Positions 39,324 to 48,296 of a stretch of 64,000 nt of DNA are shown piece after piece. This DNA comes from a virus (Duplodnaviria > Caudoviricetes). Location of the stretch: IMG/VR virus record IMGVR_UViG_3300033072_000529, one strand, 5' to 3'. The stretch's first letter is position 1. Each line of letters starts with the position of its first letter. The notes beneath the pieces are model-generated. The model saw only the letters and a program-made list of their open reading frames with translations. It searched no databases and was not told where the DNA came from. A program made the position numbers and the translations under genes.

Positions 39324-39976
39324 AAATACTAATAACAAGTGGAGGCACACGCATACCTATTGACGATGTTCGATATATTGGTAATATGTCTACGGGTAGA
39401 TATGGTGCATTACTAGCAGAAGAAGCCATTAAACGTAAATGGAAAGTTCATCTATTGGCAGCAAAGCATAGTGTATTACCTTTGGTGCCAGATAACACCA
39501 ATCCTTATAATGTGGATCATTTTGTATCCTTTGAGGATTATAGAGAACTGGTATTGGATGCGATTAAAGAGACTACACCAAATGTGATTATATCTGCTGC
39601 GGCTGTATCTGATTGGACCGTGGCACCCGTGAAGGGTAAAATATCAGGTGTAGAGGATACGCTATCATTGACATTGAAGCGTACACCTAAGGTGATATCA
39701 GAAATGCGACAGGTTGCAGCACCCAATACATTGTTGATAGGTTTCAAACTGTTAGTAAGTCCTACATATTCAGAGGTATATAATGCAGTACGCAAAGTAT
39801 TAAATAATGGTGCCGATTATGTAGTATATAATGATTTGACTAGAATTAAGGCAGGAGATGCTACACGATTGATCTTTGATCAAAAGATGAATTTTCGATC
39901 TGCGGAAAATACTACAGATTTGATGAATATTATAGCATCATATGCTGATGATAAAGCTATCAAGGGCAATGCATAG
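39320..39976 (+). CDS. coaB: phosphopantothenate--cysteine ligase (stand-alone CoaB)
   Basis: ILITSGGT..PIDDVRYIGNMSTG..G, AAAVSD, GFKL, VVYND. Confidence 0.9.
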   Translation: MKILITSGGTRIPIDDVRYIGNMSTGRYGALLAEEAIKRKWKVHLLAAKHSVLPLVPDNTNPYNVDHFVSFEDYRELVLDAIKETTPNVIISAAAVSDWTVAPVKGKISGVEDTLSLTLKRTPKVISEMRQVAAPNTLLIGFKLLVSPTYSEVYNAVRKVLNNGADYVVYNDLTRIKAGDATRLIFDQKMNFRSAENTTDLMNIIASYADDKAIKGNA

Positions 39977-40103
39977 CCCTCAACGGCAAAGAGGCGCTAT
40001 ATATTGGCTAATATGATAGCATCATATGCTGATGATAAAGCTATCAAGGGCAATGCATAGCCCTCAACGGCAAAGAGGCGCTATATATTGGCTAATATGA
40101 TAG
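39932..40103 (+). repeat. perfect 84-bp tandem duplication
   Basis: Unit ATAGCATCATATGCTG...GGCTAATATG starts at 39932 and again at 40016. Confidence 0.95.
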
Positions 40104-40113
40104 GGGATATGCT

Positions 40114-40686
40114 ATGAATATACTTCATGCCTCGACCGGTAGCATTGCCGTTACAACTACAACAAAGTTTACTAAAGCATATAGTGCAGCAGGATATAAT
40201 TATAAAAGTGTAATTACTTCTGCTGCACAAAAGTTAAAGGTTGATATTTTACCGTTTATTATACATATGGGTACGCCTTTATATGATAAACCGTGGTTGG
40301 CCGATAACCATTATATGGACTATAATGAATGGACGGTGTATGAGGATTATAATAAAGTTTTACATATTGAGTTGGTGAAGTGGGCAGATGTGTTAGTTAT
40401 TGCACCCTTGAGTGCGAATACGCTTGCTAAGATAGCTAATGGTATATGTGATAATCTAGTCACAAATTGTGCTAGAGCCTGGGATTTCTCTAAACCATTC
40501 ATAGTTGCGCCTAGTATGAACACTAATATGTATAATCATCCCATCACTAAAACTCATATTGATAGTATCAAATCTTGGGGTGTAAAAGTAGTTGACCCAG
40601 TAGTTAAAACGTTGTACTGTGGAGACACAGGCATAGGCGCAATGGCAGATGTTAATGATATTATAAACACTATAAAATTATGTTAG
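40114..40686 (+). CDS. coaC: phosphopantothenoylcysteine decarboxylase (stand-alone CoaC, HAL3-like flavoprotein)
   Basis: TGSIA, LHIELVKWAD, APLSANTLAKIANGICDNL, APSMNTNM, CGDTGIGAM. Confidence 0.92.
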   Translation: MNILHASTGSIAVTTTTKFTKAYSAAGYNYKSVITSAAQKLKVDILPFIIHMGTPLYDKPWLADNHYMDYNEWTVYEDYNKVLHIELVKWADVLVIAPLSANTLAKIANGICDNLVTNCARAWDFSKPFIVAPSMNTNMYNHPITKTHIDSIKSWGVKVVDPVVKTLYCGDTGIGAMADVNDIINTIKLC

Positions 40687-41186
40687 GAATAAGTATAAAC
40701 GGCTCTAGAAATATAGAAGAATTCTCCGAGGAAATAAGCAATTTCCCCCATTTGGGAGATTTTAATTTGATGACATTGGGATTTATATTCCGAAATAATC
40801 GAACAGAAGTTGCTCTTATTCAGAAGAGTCGCCCTGAATGGCAAAAGGATAAACTGAATGGTATAGGAGGAAAGGCTAACAAAGATGAGACTCCTTTGGC
40901 TTGTATCCGTCGAGAGTGTTTAGAAGAATGCGGTCTGAATATTTCAGATTGGAAAATCTCCACCATTTTAGCTGGAGATAAATGTGATTGGGCAGTCGTA
41001 GTATTTTATACTGATCTACAACCTGATCAACCAAGTAACTTGGTCAATAGCGATAGCACTGAACCTGTCAAGTGGGTGACGGTGACAGATTTACCGAAAA
41101 TGCATACATTAGACAATATTCAATGGTTGATACCCATGATCATTTATGACAAAAACATAGGGATGAATATGGCAATTTATCAATAA
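40680..41186 (+). CDS. Nudix hydrolase
   Basis: GGKANKDETPLACIRRECLEECGL Nudix box. Confidence 0.88.
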   Translation: MLGISINGSRNIEEFSEEISNFPHLGDFNLMTLGFIFRNNRTEVALIQKSRPEWQKDKLNGIGGKANKDETPLACIRRECLEECGLNISDWKISTILAGDKCDWAVVVFYTDLQPDQPSNLVNSDSTEPVKWVTVTDLPKMHTLDNIQWLIPMIIYDKNIGMNMAIYQ

Positions 41187-41251
41187 GTGAAAAAAGATGT
41201 TGCATTTCAGTGGAAATAGAGTAGATTAGAGATAAGTAAGAGAAAGCTAAT

Positions 41252-41323
41252 AGACCATTAGTGTAGGAGTTCGCACGATAGATTGTCAATCTGTAAGGAC
41301 CGGAGCATAACCGGTATGGTCTG
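41252..41323 (+). tRNA. tRNA-Asp (GTC)
   Basis: AGACCAT/ATGGTCT, ttGTCaa loop. Confidence 0.88.
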
Positions 41324-41340
41324 CTTAAGCTAGAATTAAA

Positions 41341-41417
41341 GGGGGCGCATGTACTAAGCCTAGCGATGGATTTTCGCAAAATCTGTGTTGTGAGTTGAAT
41401 TCTCACCGTCTCCACCA
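41341..41417 (+). tRNA. tRNA-Ala (CGC)
   Basis: GGGGGCG/CGTCTCC with G3:U70, ttCGCaa loop, CCA. Confidence 0.88.
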
Positions 41418-41442
41418 CTTACTGTAAGTAAGTAAACTTACG

Positions 41443-41649
41443 ATGAAATTTGTAGATATAAAATGTCCATTCTGTAATAACCCTGCCTCGAAACGAGCAG
41501 CAGAGGTTAAACGGCAAGCTAAAAAGGGTAGACCGGTGTATTGTGGAAAAGAATGCGCCATAGCTTCTAATAAATTACATGGAATAGTAATATTATCAGG
41601 CGACCTTGCCGATAATAAGAATGATATTGGGAAATATATCCCATCTTAG
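41443..41649 (+). CDS. small Zn-finger protein, possibly truncated homing endonuclease remnant
   Basis: CPFC...YCGKEC; directly after a tRNA. Confidence 0.5.
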   Translation: MKFVDIKCPFCNNPASKRAAEVKRQAKKGRPVYCGKECAIASNKLHGIVILSGDLADNKNDIGKYIPS

Positions 41650-41661
41650 ATATCCTCCACT

Positions 41662-42369
41662 TTAAACGCCCACCAATTTCCTGGTAGGCTTCTTTATGTC
41701 TATACTAGACGGTGGCGAAGGTTTTGCAGGGGGTGCTTCCCGTTTTTTATTTCTACCTTTACCATCTATTATTCCTTTTATATGGATAGCTAACTTATAA
41801 AGATCACCATCAGTTAATATATGATGACTGCCCCCTATAGCCTTTTTAAGGTATTTATTATCATTTAATTCTATAGTGTGTATGGTAGCCAGGGGCTCAA
41901 ATTGAGAATATTCTTTACCTGTATTCAGGTCCACATCATATTGTTCTTCCTCTATAGAACCTACCACTGTTACTTTATTCTGTAAATTTATGGTATCCTT
42001 GGCTTTACCCTGAATTCGGGATTGAATTCCTGTACCGGTATAGGTGTCAACAAAATCTTGTTGTTCTGGTTCTGATCCCCATTCGTAAAAGGATAGATCA
42101 ATAACATATTGAACAAATTTATATTTTATAACAAATGCACTTTGTATATGATTTTTGGTCTTTGCGGGTATTCTAAAATCCAGATATGTACCTAATTTTT
42201 GGTATATATGCTTGTTCAACTCAGGGGTGTTTGCTGTTATTAATTCTTCTTTATCTAGATCAAAAGCTATACGAAATGCATTATATATGTGAGAACTAAA
42301 TTGATCCACGGTCATTTCCACTTGTGCACTATTTTCAAATAGCACGTCATATAATTGCATAAATTTCAT
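41662..42369 (-). CDS. hypothetical late protein (possible internal head protein)
   Basis: TAAATA 5 nt upstream; MKFMQLYDVLFE N-terminus resembles prohead-protease-cleaved leaders. Confidence 0.6.
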   Translation of the reverse strand: MKFMQLYDVLFENSAQVEMTVDQFSSHIYNAFRIAFDLDKEELITANTPELNKHIYQKLGTYLDFRIPAKTKNHIQSAFVIKYKFVQYVIDLSFYEWGSEPEQQDFVDTYTGTGIQSRIQGKAKDTINLQNKVTVVGSIEEEQYDVDLNTGKEYSQFEPLATIHTIELNDNKYLKKAIGGSHHILTDGDLYKLAIHIKGIIDGKGRNKKREAPPAKPSPPSSIDIKKPTRKLVGV

Positions 42370-42441
42370 AAACATATTTATCATTCCTGTTGCAATAGGT
42401 CCAGGGGCGTGTATAGTAGACTAAACTGTGAACATTAACTT

Positions 42442-43050
42442 ATGAAGAAACAAGATATATTAAAACTAAATGCTAACTTTTTCCCTGTCTCCGTTGGAGA
42501 TTGGAAAAAGATATTCGTGGATATCGTATCCGGCGCATGTTACCCTATCGATGTTTCTTATGAAGTATTAGATGATGGAACCGTTAATCAAGAAAAGATT
42601 GAAAGTTTCCAAGTGATTCGCACATTTGAAGAATGGTCTACCTTGCCTATACGTCCATATGATGAATATATACAATCTGCTAAACGTATATTTCGTCTAC
42701 CACCTATTGTAGTATGTGCTCACTATAAAGATATTCACCATAAAAAGGTGATATTTCCTACCAAATCCAATATTTGGAAGAGAGATAAGTTTATATGTGC
42801 ATACACCGGGGTAAAATTGACGAAAGATCAGCTATCCATCGATCATATCATCCCTAAGTCTAGGGGTGGACCTAATACATGGGAAAACTTGATCACTGCG
42901 TCTAAGGAAGTCAATGTGATGAAGGGCAATAGAACACCTAAAGAAGCAGGGTTGAAATTATTATATCAACCCGTTAAACCTAAAAATGGAATAGTATTCC
43001 CTTCCCTACGTAAGGAATGGCAGATATTCTTAGATGGAGATTCGCAATAG
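42442..43050 (+). CDS. HNH endonuclease (McrA-like)
   Basis: NIWKRDKFICAYTG, SIDHIIPKSRGG.NTWENL, N..KGNRTP.EAG. Confidence 0.9.
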   Translation: MKKQDILKLNANFFPVSVGDWKKIFVDIVSGACYPIDVSYEVLDDGTVNQEKIESFQVIRTFEEWSTLPIRPYDEYIQSAKRIFRLPPIVVCAHYKDIHHKKVIFPTKSNIWKRDKFICAYTGVKLTKDQLSIDHIIPKSRGGPNTWENLITASKEVNVMKGNRTPKEAGLKLLYQPVKPKNGIVFPSLRKEWQIFLDGDSQ

Positions 43051-43059
43051 AATAACTAT

Positions 43060-43470
43060 ATGGATAAACCTAATACATCATATCCATCGGTGATAAAAGA
43101 TATTCTACCTGTTATACAACAGATGATTATAGATGAATATGGGTATTGGTCTGCCAATACCTTGGATAAGCTCAAACAATTATGCGAAAATTATGATCGT
43201 AAGATGGATCACTGGTTGACGGCTGCGGATACGGAGGTAGTATTATCGGTTAATACCGCACGGAAATGGGAAAAACGCTACGATGCATTGATGCTGGAAT
43301 ATAAAAAAGTGCAGGAGGCGGCAATAACCCCCAAACCCTCGGTGGATACCGCTGATTCTAAAATGTATGAACCGTTGACGACTACATATAGGCAATTACA
43401 CGATAAAATGCCGAAATCACCGTTTACCGTAAATGTGGATTTACACCCCTTACAAAATATAAAATTCTAA
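43060..43470 (+). CDS. hypothetical protein
   Basis: 136-aa ORF. Confidence 0.65.
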   Translation: MDKPNTSYPSVIKDILPVIQQMIIDEYGYWSANTLDKLKQLCENYDRKMDHWLTAADTEVVLSVNTARKWEKRYDALMLEYKKVQEAAITPKPSVDTADSKMYEPLTTTYRQLHDKMPKSPFTVNVDLHPLQNIKF

Positions 43471-43471
43471 T

Positions 43472-43861
43472 ATGGATATTAAACTGTTAGTTGATGAATG
43501 TAATAAGTTTTTGAGTAGTCACCGTAATGTGAATGATCGATCAACCGTAGTACTATCATTATACGGCTTTATACGCCGATTGTTGAGTTCTAAAAAGTGT
43601 TTGCCTATATTTGGCGGATCGGGATATTCCGAAACTAACACATTTGCTTTTACTAATCGTATACATCCTTGCGCCACAGTCAAACGGCATAATAAGAGAT
43701 GGATGGTGGACTCTTTGCAGTTCACGTCTGACTACTATGATTATAGTCCATATCTTTCCCTTATAAACAACACTTTGTCTACCTATGTGTATGACAGTCA
43801 TTTTCCAACTGAAATAGACGATCTTATAAGTTTCAAAAACTTAGAAGCATTCAAGTTTTAG
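43472..43861 (+). CDS. hypothetical protein
   Basis: 129-aa ORF. Confidence 0.6.
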   Translation: MDIKLLVDECNKFLSSHRNVNDRSTVVLSLYGFIRRLLSSKKCLPIFGGSGYSETNTFAFTNRIHPCATVKRHNKRWMVDSLQFTSDYYDYSPYLSLINNTLSTYVYDSHFPTEIDDLISFKNLEAFKF

Positions 43862-43897
43862 TTGACTAACCAAACAAACACAGTATAATACACCACT

Positions 43898-44341
43898 ATG
43901 TCAGAAGATAACACAAACACCATCGATGTCGATAACACAGAAGATAGCGCCAATAAGAACGCTAAAGTTGAAAAGAAATTCACAGCCGCTTTAACAAAGC
44001 TGACTGCGATTGTTCAGGGGAAGGATAATCTATTCTTTCCAAAGAAAGTTGCAGCAGATGCCCTAGGTGATCTAGTTGCGGGCCTTTTCAAGGAGGAAAA
44101 CGAGGCACTTGTTCGACAAGTCCGTGAAGACTTGCGTACTCTGTTGAAGTCTTATTCCGAAATGAATAAGGCATTCAAGGCTAAGCAAGAGGAACTAGAC
44201 AAGCTCAATAAGCAGAAGAAAGAGGAATTCGTTAAAGCTGCGGAAACTCTATTCAGCAAGATCGATAATATCGGTGAAGTTGAAAAAGAGTACTATAATG
44301 GCTTGACTGTTGCCCTAACAGAAAAGGAGGATAAGAAGTAA
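43898..44341 (+). CDS. coiled-coil hypothetical protein
   Basis: Near-consensus promoter TTGACT-16-TATAAT upstream. Confidence 0.75.
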   Translation: MSEDNTNTIDVDNTEDSANKNAKVEKKFTAALTKLTAIVQGKDNLFFPKKVAADALGDLVAGLFKEENEALVRQVREDLRTLLKSYSEMNKAFKAKQEELDKLNKQKKEEFVKAAETLFSKIDNIGEVEKEYYNGLTVALTEKEDKK

Positions 44342-44342
44342 T

Positions 44343-44549
44343 ATGGCTGATGACCAAGAGGAAGAAGGGCCTACTGCGTATGATGATGCGATAGAAGCAA
44401 TGCTTGAATCAGTGCAAACTTGTGCAGAGTATTTGACTTCCGCTATGAAGCGCGGAGCATTGGGGGAGGTATCCGCCTATGCAAATGCTTTACGAGCAAG
44501 TACTGATAGTCTGGCTACTGTAGAAGATATAATCTTTAAGACGCAATAA
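44343..44549 (+). CDS. hypothetical protein
   Basis: 68-aa ORF followed by terminator. Confidence 0.65.
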   Translation: MADDQEEEGPTAYDDAIEAMLESVQTCAEYLTSAMKRGALGEVSAYANALRASTDSLATVEDIIFKTQ

Positions 44550-44560
44550 TTGATTAATTA

Positions 44561-44594
44561 AAAAGGGTACAATCCTTATGGATTGTACCCTTTT
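44561..44594 (+). terminator. intrinsic terminator
   Basis: AAAAGGGTACAATCC-ttat-GGATTGTACCCTTTT. Confidence 0.85.
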
Positions 44595-44630
44595 CCCTTG
44601 ACTAGTTACCATTCTGGAGTATAATGGGAT

Positions 44631-44966
44631 ATGAACAACCACTACTTAATGGACATTGGAATGGTGCTATATGCTATCATAGGATACTGCTATCTATCTC
44701 ATTATAAATATCAATGTTATCAGCGAGGTATCCTACCGTTCAATGGCTCCTTTCTAAAAGGGTTTGGCATGGCCGTTATATGTGGCCCAATATCACTACT
44801 ACAATATGTGATATGTTTTCTGACCGTTCTAGGTAAGACGATAATCCAATTCATAAAAATAGTATACACCGAAATAGGATTCGGAATTTATATGTTTTGG
44901 GAGCAATATAAAGATAGAGAATTCTATAAATATGTGCAAACTTTAGTTAGAAAATACCATTTATAG
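44631..44966 (+). CDS. membrane protein
   Basis: Hydrophobic segments; promoter 5 nt upstream. Confidence 0.65.
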   Translation: MNNHYLMDIGMVLYAIIGYCYLSHYKYQCYQRGILPFNGSFLKGFGMAVICGPISLLQYVICFLTVLGKTIIQFIKIVYTEIGFGIYMFWEQYKDREFYKYVQTLVRKYHL

Positions 44967-44976
44967 TATTTTGATT

Positions 44977-44984
44977 TATAAATA
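44977..44984 (+). promoter_or_regulatory. T4-type late promoter TATAAATA (representative, upstream of infA)
   Basis: TAAATA core recurs 5-10 nt before starts of many structural/late genes. Confidence 0.7.
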
Positions 44985-44992
44985 GATGGAAC

Positions 44993-45205
44993 ATGAAAAC
45001 ACCAGCAGTGAAATTAGAAGGTAAAGTTTTGTCAGTGACAAAGAATGCATATGTGATACAATTGAATGGGGTAGCGGAGCCGATGAAGGCGTACCTATCT
45101 GGTAAAATGATGCAGCGTAAAATCAAACCAGTTATAGCCGATATGGTTGAAGTAGAATTTGATCCGTCTGACCTAACCAAAGGACGGATAGTAAAAAGAA
45201 AATAA
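44993..45205 (+). CDS. infA: translation initiation factor IF-1
   Basis: 70 aa; EGKV...AYLSGKM....I.....D.VEVE..P.DLTKGRIV.R. Confidence 0.9.
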   Translation: MKTPAVKLEGKVLSVTKNAYVIQLNGVAEPMKAYLSGKMMQRKIKPVIADMVEVEFDPSDLTKGRIVKRK

Positions 45206-45215
45206 TATAAAATAT

Positions 45216-45611
45216 ATGAGTACAAGAAAAAACAAAATACCAGTGAAACTAAATAAAACACAACTACCACCTGCTATCAAAAAGCGTTGGGTGGCAGCAC
45301 TTCGTTCGGGAAAATATAAGCAACGCAACGAATTCCTATATGATTCTGAGGATAATAGCTATTGCTGCTTAGGTGTATTGGGATCAATCTGTAATGTATC
45401 AAAGCGTGTACTTGATAATGTCGGCATGTTATACGATATTGGCACCTGTAATGAAAATAAATTACCGGATGCATGGTTGATTGAAAATGAAAAGGAGGAA
45501 CCAAAACGTGGAGCACCCTCAGTTAAGGATATTGCCCATAAATTGGCAAACTTTAATGATAATGGGAAGTCATTCAAATGGATTGCTGCCTATATTGAGC
45601 GGTATCTGTAA
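45216..45611 (+). CDS. conserved-type phage hypothetical protein
   Basis: WVAALRSGKYKQ...YCCLGVL...ND.G.SF..IA.YIE. Confidence 0.75.
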   Translation: MSTRKNKIPVKLNKTQLPPAIKKRWVAALRSGKYKQRNEFLYDSEDNSYCCLGVLGSICNVSKRVLDNVGMLYDIGTCNENKLPDAWLIENEKEEPKRGAPSVKDIAHKLANFNDNGKSFKWIAAYIERYL

Positions 45612-45628
45612 TTGGTAAATAATTATAA

Positions 45629-45664
45629 AAAAACCCGTAATAGCTCACACTATTACGGGTTTTT
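45629..45664. terminator. bidirectional intrinsic terminator
   Basis: AAAAACCCGTAATAG-ctcaca-CTATTACGGGTTTTT between convergent genes. Confidence 0.9.
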
Positions 45665-45684
45665 CGTTTTATAGTTATAGGGTA

Positions 45685-46356
45685 TTAGGGCTTGACGGCA
45701 CAGCTTCTGCTGCTATTAGCCAATATACTGGATTCGTATGATTGTAATATACCATCAATATTGCTACCAGGATTGAAGTCGATTGCTCCAGTGTCAGTTA
45801 CTTCTACTGGTTCCCAGCGAGTGTAATAAAATGCGAAATCGAATGTTACTGCATCTATAGATTCATTGTTGTAAGTGATGGCACCGATGGAGGTTGGCCA
45901 TACACCAATCAGACGCACTACACGTTGAATGGTACAGTCTGGTCCCAGGATCGCTACGTCGATAGTGGCATCAGGACAGGTGAATCTAGGAGCACCACAA
46001 GTGGTTGCTTCATTAGCAATGTCGAATTGCCAACGAACTAGGCTGTTATAACCCAGGAAGTCAGATGGCACTTTAGCCGTGAGAGCCCATGGATTAGGTT
46101 GATCATAGGCAACTTGTCCAGGGGAGTGGAAATCGAAGCCTTGGATCGTCACTGGAAGGTCTTTAAGGGTACGTCCTGGCAGAGTAGCAGATGATATGTA
46201 CACCGCGCCATTCAGCCCTGCCGGGGAATATAACCATTCATTACGCACATATTCTGGTACGGCATTAGACATAGACAAAATACGCAATTGATTTGACCGG
46301 CTGAAATCATGTTGCGAAAATGTACGGTGGGTGGTAACTAAATCTCCAAGAGGCAT
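45685..46356 (-). CDS. tail tube protein (gp19-like)
   Basis: YISSATLPG, RVVRLIGVWPTSIGAITY...VTFDFAFYYTRW; TAAATA upstream. Confidence 0.8.
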   Translation of the reverse strand: MPLGDLVTTHRTFSQHDFSRSNQLRILSMSNAVPEYVRNEWLYSPAGLNGAVYISSATLPGRTLKDLPVTIQGFDFHSPGQVAYDQPNPWALTAKVPSDFLGYNSLVRWQFDIANEATTCGAPRFTCPDATIDVAILGPDCTIQRVVRLIGVWPTSIGAITYNNESIDAVTFDFAFYYTRWEPVEVTDTGAIDFNPGSNIDGILQSYESSILANSSRSCAVKP

Positions 46357-46403
46357 ATTATAGATATATTTATGCCGGTGAAATTCTTTTTCTAAACACA
46401 TAC

Positions 46404-46439
46404 AAAAAACCCGCTGATAGTACTATCAGCGGGTTTTTT
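46404..46439. terminator. intrinsic terminator
   Basis: AAAAAACCCGCTGATAG-ta-CTATCAGCGGGTTTTTT. Confidence 0.9.
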
Positions 46440-46452
46440 ATTTTATTTAGAT

Positions 46453-47238
46453 TTATAGGTTATTCTCCGTAACCACTGCAATATATAATAGACCATTACG
46501 TAACCAGGCATTTATATATAACGGATTTATATTATAAGGTAATATAATAGTTTGATTTATCCTTGGAAGGTGAATGTTTTGTATTACGGTATCAGATACT
46601 ATTGTGTTTGCAAGAGTCGGAGGGGTAGTTTTACTGCTAGAACTGATAATGGTTAAATATGACACATTGGCGGGTTTAAGCTGTATATCGATTTCGTTTG
46701 CCGATTTACCCATTGCAGGAATTATATATACTTTACGGGATGGTTTGCCGTTTTCTGTTGAAAAATATTTGTATTCATCCACTAAAGGTAGTGTCAATGT
46801 ATCATCTATACCAGTCGAAACGGGTATAGGTTTTGGGGTGTTAAAGTCATCCCTTATAAGGATGGGGATGTGTTCATCTAGCTCTGGCTGGATTTTGGGC
46901 TTAGTAGGTTCTAACATAGAAGGTTTATCGGATGTAGAGTTCCCAGGTGATTCCTCTTGGACCTCTTGGTCAGACTTGAGGCCCCTTCTCAAATCGTCCA
47001 GTTCATTTTTAATATCCTCTACTACCATATCAAACTTTATATCTTTTCTAAGATCACGGATGAGGGTTTTGAGTTCCTCTTCCGCAGTAGATATCAAGTC
47101 CTGTACGTTTTTTGGCCAATCTTTAGTGATTAAAGCCTTTAGTGGGGTGGAAGATAATTCCTCCAGGGTAGGATTGTTCAATAGACGATCAATCAGTGAT
47201 ATAGGGTTGTTTTTTGGTGTGGTATTTTCTGTGTTCAT
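46453..47238 (-). CDS. hypothetical protein with possible divergent HSP20/alpha-crystallin C-terminus
   Basis: I.LP..I....INAWLRNGLLYIAV. Confidence 0.45.
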   Translation of the reverse strand: MNTENTTPKNNPISLIDRLLNNPTLEELSSTPLKALITKDWPKNVQDLISTAEEELKTLIRDLRKDIKFDMVVEDIKNELDDLRRGLKSDQEVQEESPGNSTSDKPSMLEPTKPKIQPELDEHIPILIRDDFNTPKPIPVSTGIDDTLTLPLVDEYKYFSTENGKPSRKVYIIPAMGKSANEIDIQLKPANVSYLTIISSSSKTTPPTLANTIVSDTVIQNIHLPRINQTIILPYNINPLYINAWLRNGLLYIAVVTENNL

Positions 47239-47241
47239 ATA

Positions 47242-47397
47242 TTACAGTTTAATGCGTTGTGTATCTGATCCGATTTCTCGGATAATTTGTTCTGCCAGTT
47301 GATCTGGATTCTCCAGTTTAGTTTGGACGGACTTAGAATCTTTTTTTGCTTCTAAGAGAGATTTTAATTTATCTAGGAATGTTTCGATTTTATTCAT
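47242..47397 (-). CDS. small hypothetical protein (51 aa)
   Basis: MNKIETFLDKLKSLLEAKK... fills operon gap. Confidence 0.55.
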   Translation of the reverse strand: MNKIETFLDKLKSLLEAKKDSKSVQTKLENPDQLAEQIIREIGSDTQRIKL

Positions 47398-47689
47398 AAT
47401 TGTATTCTATTTCGTTGGTATTAGTAGCATCTTCATCTGAAAGATCAAGACTATACTTGTAGGGGATGCCACCTTTTTCTTTCAGGGAAAGAGCTAAGTC
47501 ACCTGCGACATCATCAATATATTCTACAGTTTTGATCCAGGGTAGATCAAAGTTTTTTAATTTCTTTTTTTGTGATAGTAATCGTTTTTCTTGTGCTGCT
47601 GCAAATTTAACGGCATTCATATATGCATACCATCTAGTTAATTCAGTTAGCGACATTTCACAGGCTTTACGGGGTTGGTAGTTGTCCAT
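47390..47689 (-). CDS. hypothetical protein
   Basis: ORF in minus-strand operon. Confidence 0.65.
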   Translation of the reverse strand: MDNYQPRKACEMSLTELTRWYAYMNAVKFAAAQEKRLLSQKKKLKNFDLPWIKTVEYIDDVAGDLALSLKEKGGIPYKYSLDLSDEDATNTNEIEYNYE

Positions 47690-47690
47690 T

Positions 47691-48269
47691 TTAAACAAAT
47701 TGTACTTTATCATCAACTTCGTAAGGACGAAGTTCCACAGTCTTATCCACGAACGGAAATGTATATATAGTTATACCGATAGGTAACATATTTGAATTTA
47801 TCAATTGACAATTTATAGGGAAATCTGTACCATTATATAATCGATATTCCCCCAAGGCATTATTAATCATGGTGTATAATGCCGTTTGCTCTGCTGCGCC
47901 TCTGGTAGAGGATTTGTACAATTCAAACGTAGCACGTAAAGTTTTTAATAATTTCTTAGTTTGCTCGGAATATTTCAACCAGAATTTGAAGGGATTTTCC
48001 TTTTTAGCGGAGTCACAGGGTTGACATACAAAATTTCTATTGATTTTATCTTCATTACCCCAATAGGCGAAATATGCCTCATATTGATCAGGGTTCAATA
48101 TACGAATAGAATCGCAATGAATACATCGAACTTGTCGATTTATCCTTGCGAGTTTATCCTTATCTTTAGTTTTTTTGGATTTGGAAGGCGTATTATCGCC
48201 TCCTGTTTCCAATAACAGCTCTGGTTTAGGTGTAATAGTAGGTATTACGAATTCTGTGGTAGGTTCCAT
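47691..48269 (-). CDS. Zn-finger hypothetical protein
   Basis: CIHC...CQPC. Confidence 0.65.
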   Translation of the reverse strand: MEPTTEFVIPTITPKPELLLETGGDNTPSKSKKTKDKDKLARINRQVRCIHCDSIRILNPDQYEAYFAYWGNEDKINRNFVCQPCDSAKKENPFKFWLKYSEQTKKLLKTLRATFELYKSSTRGAAEQTALYTMINNALGEYRLYNGTDFPINCQLINSNMLPIGITIYTFPFVDKTVELRPYEVDDKVQFV

Positions 48270-48296
48270 TGGTGAAATTTATCATATCTATCCGCA

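Noticed and set aside
39320-40686. Read-through or frameshift fusion of coaB and coaC
   Set aside because: Different frames with several intervening stops; order is the reverse of fused CoaBC
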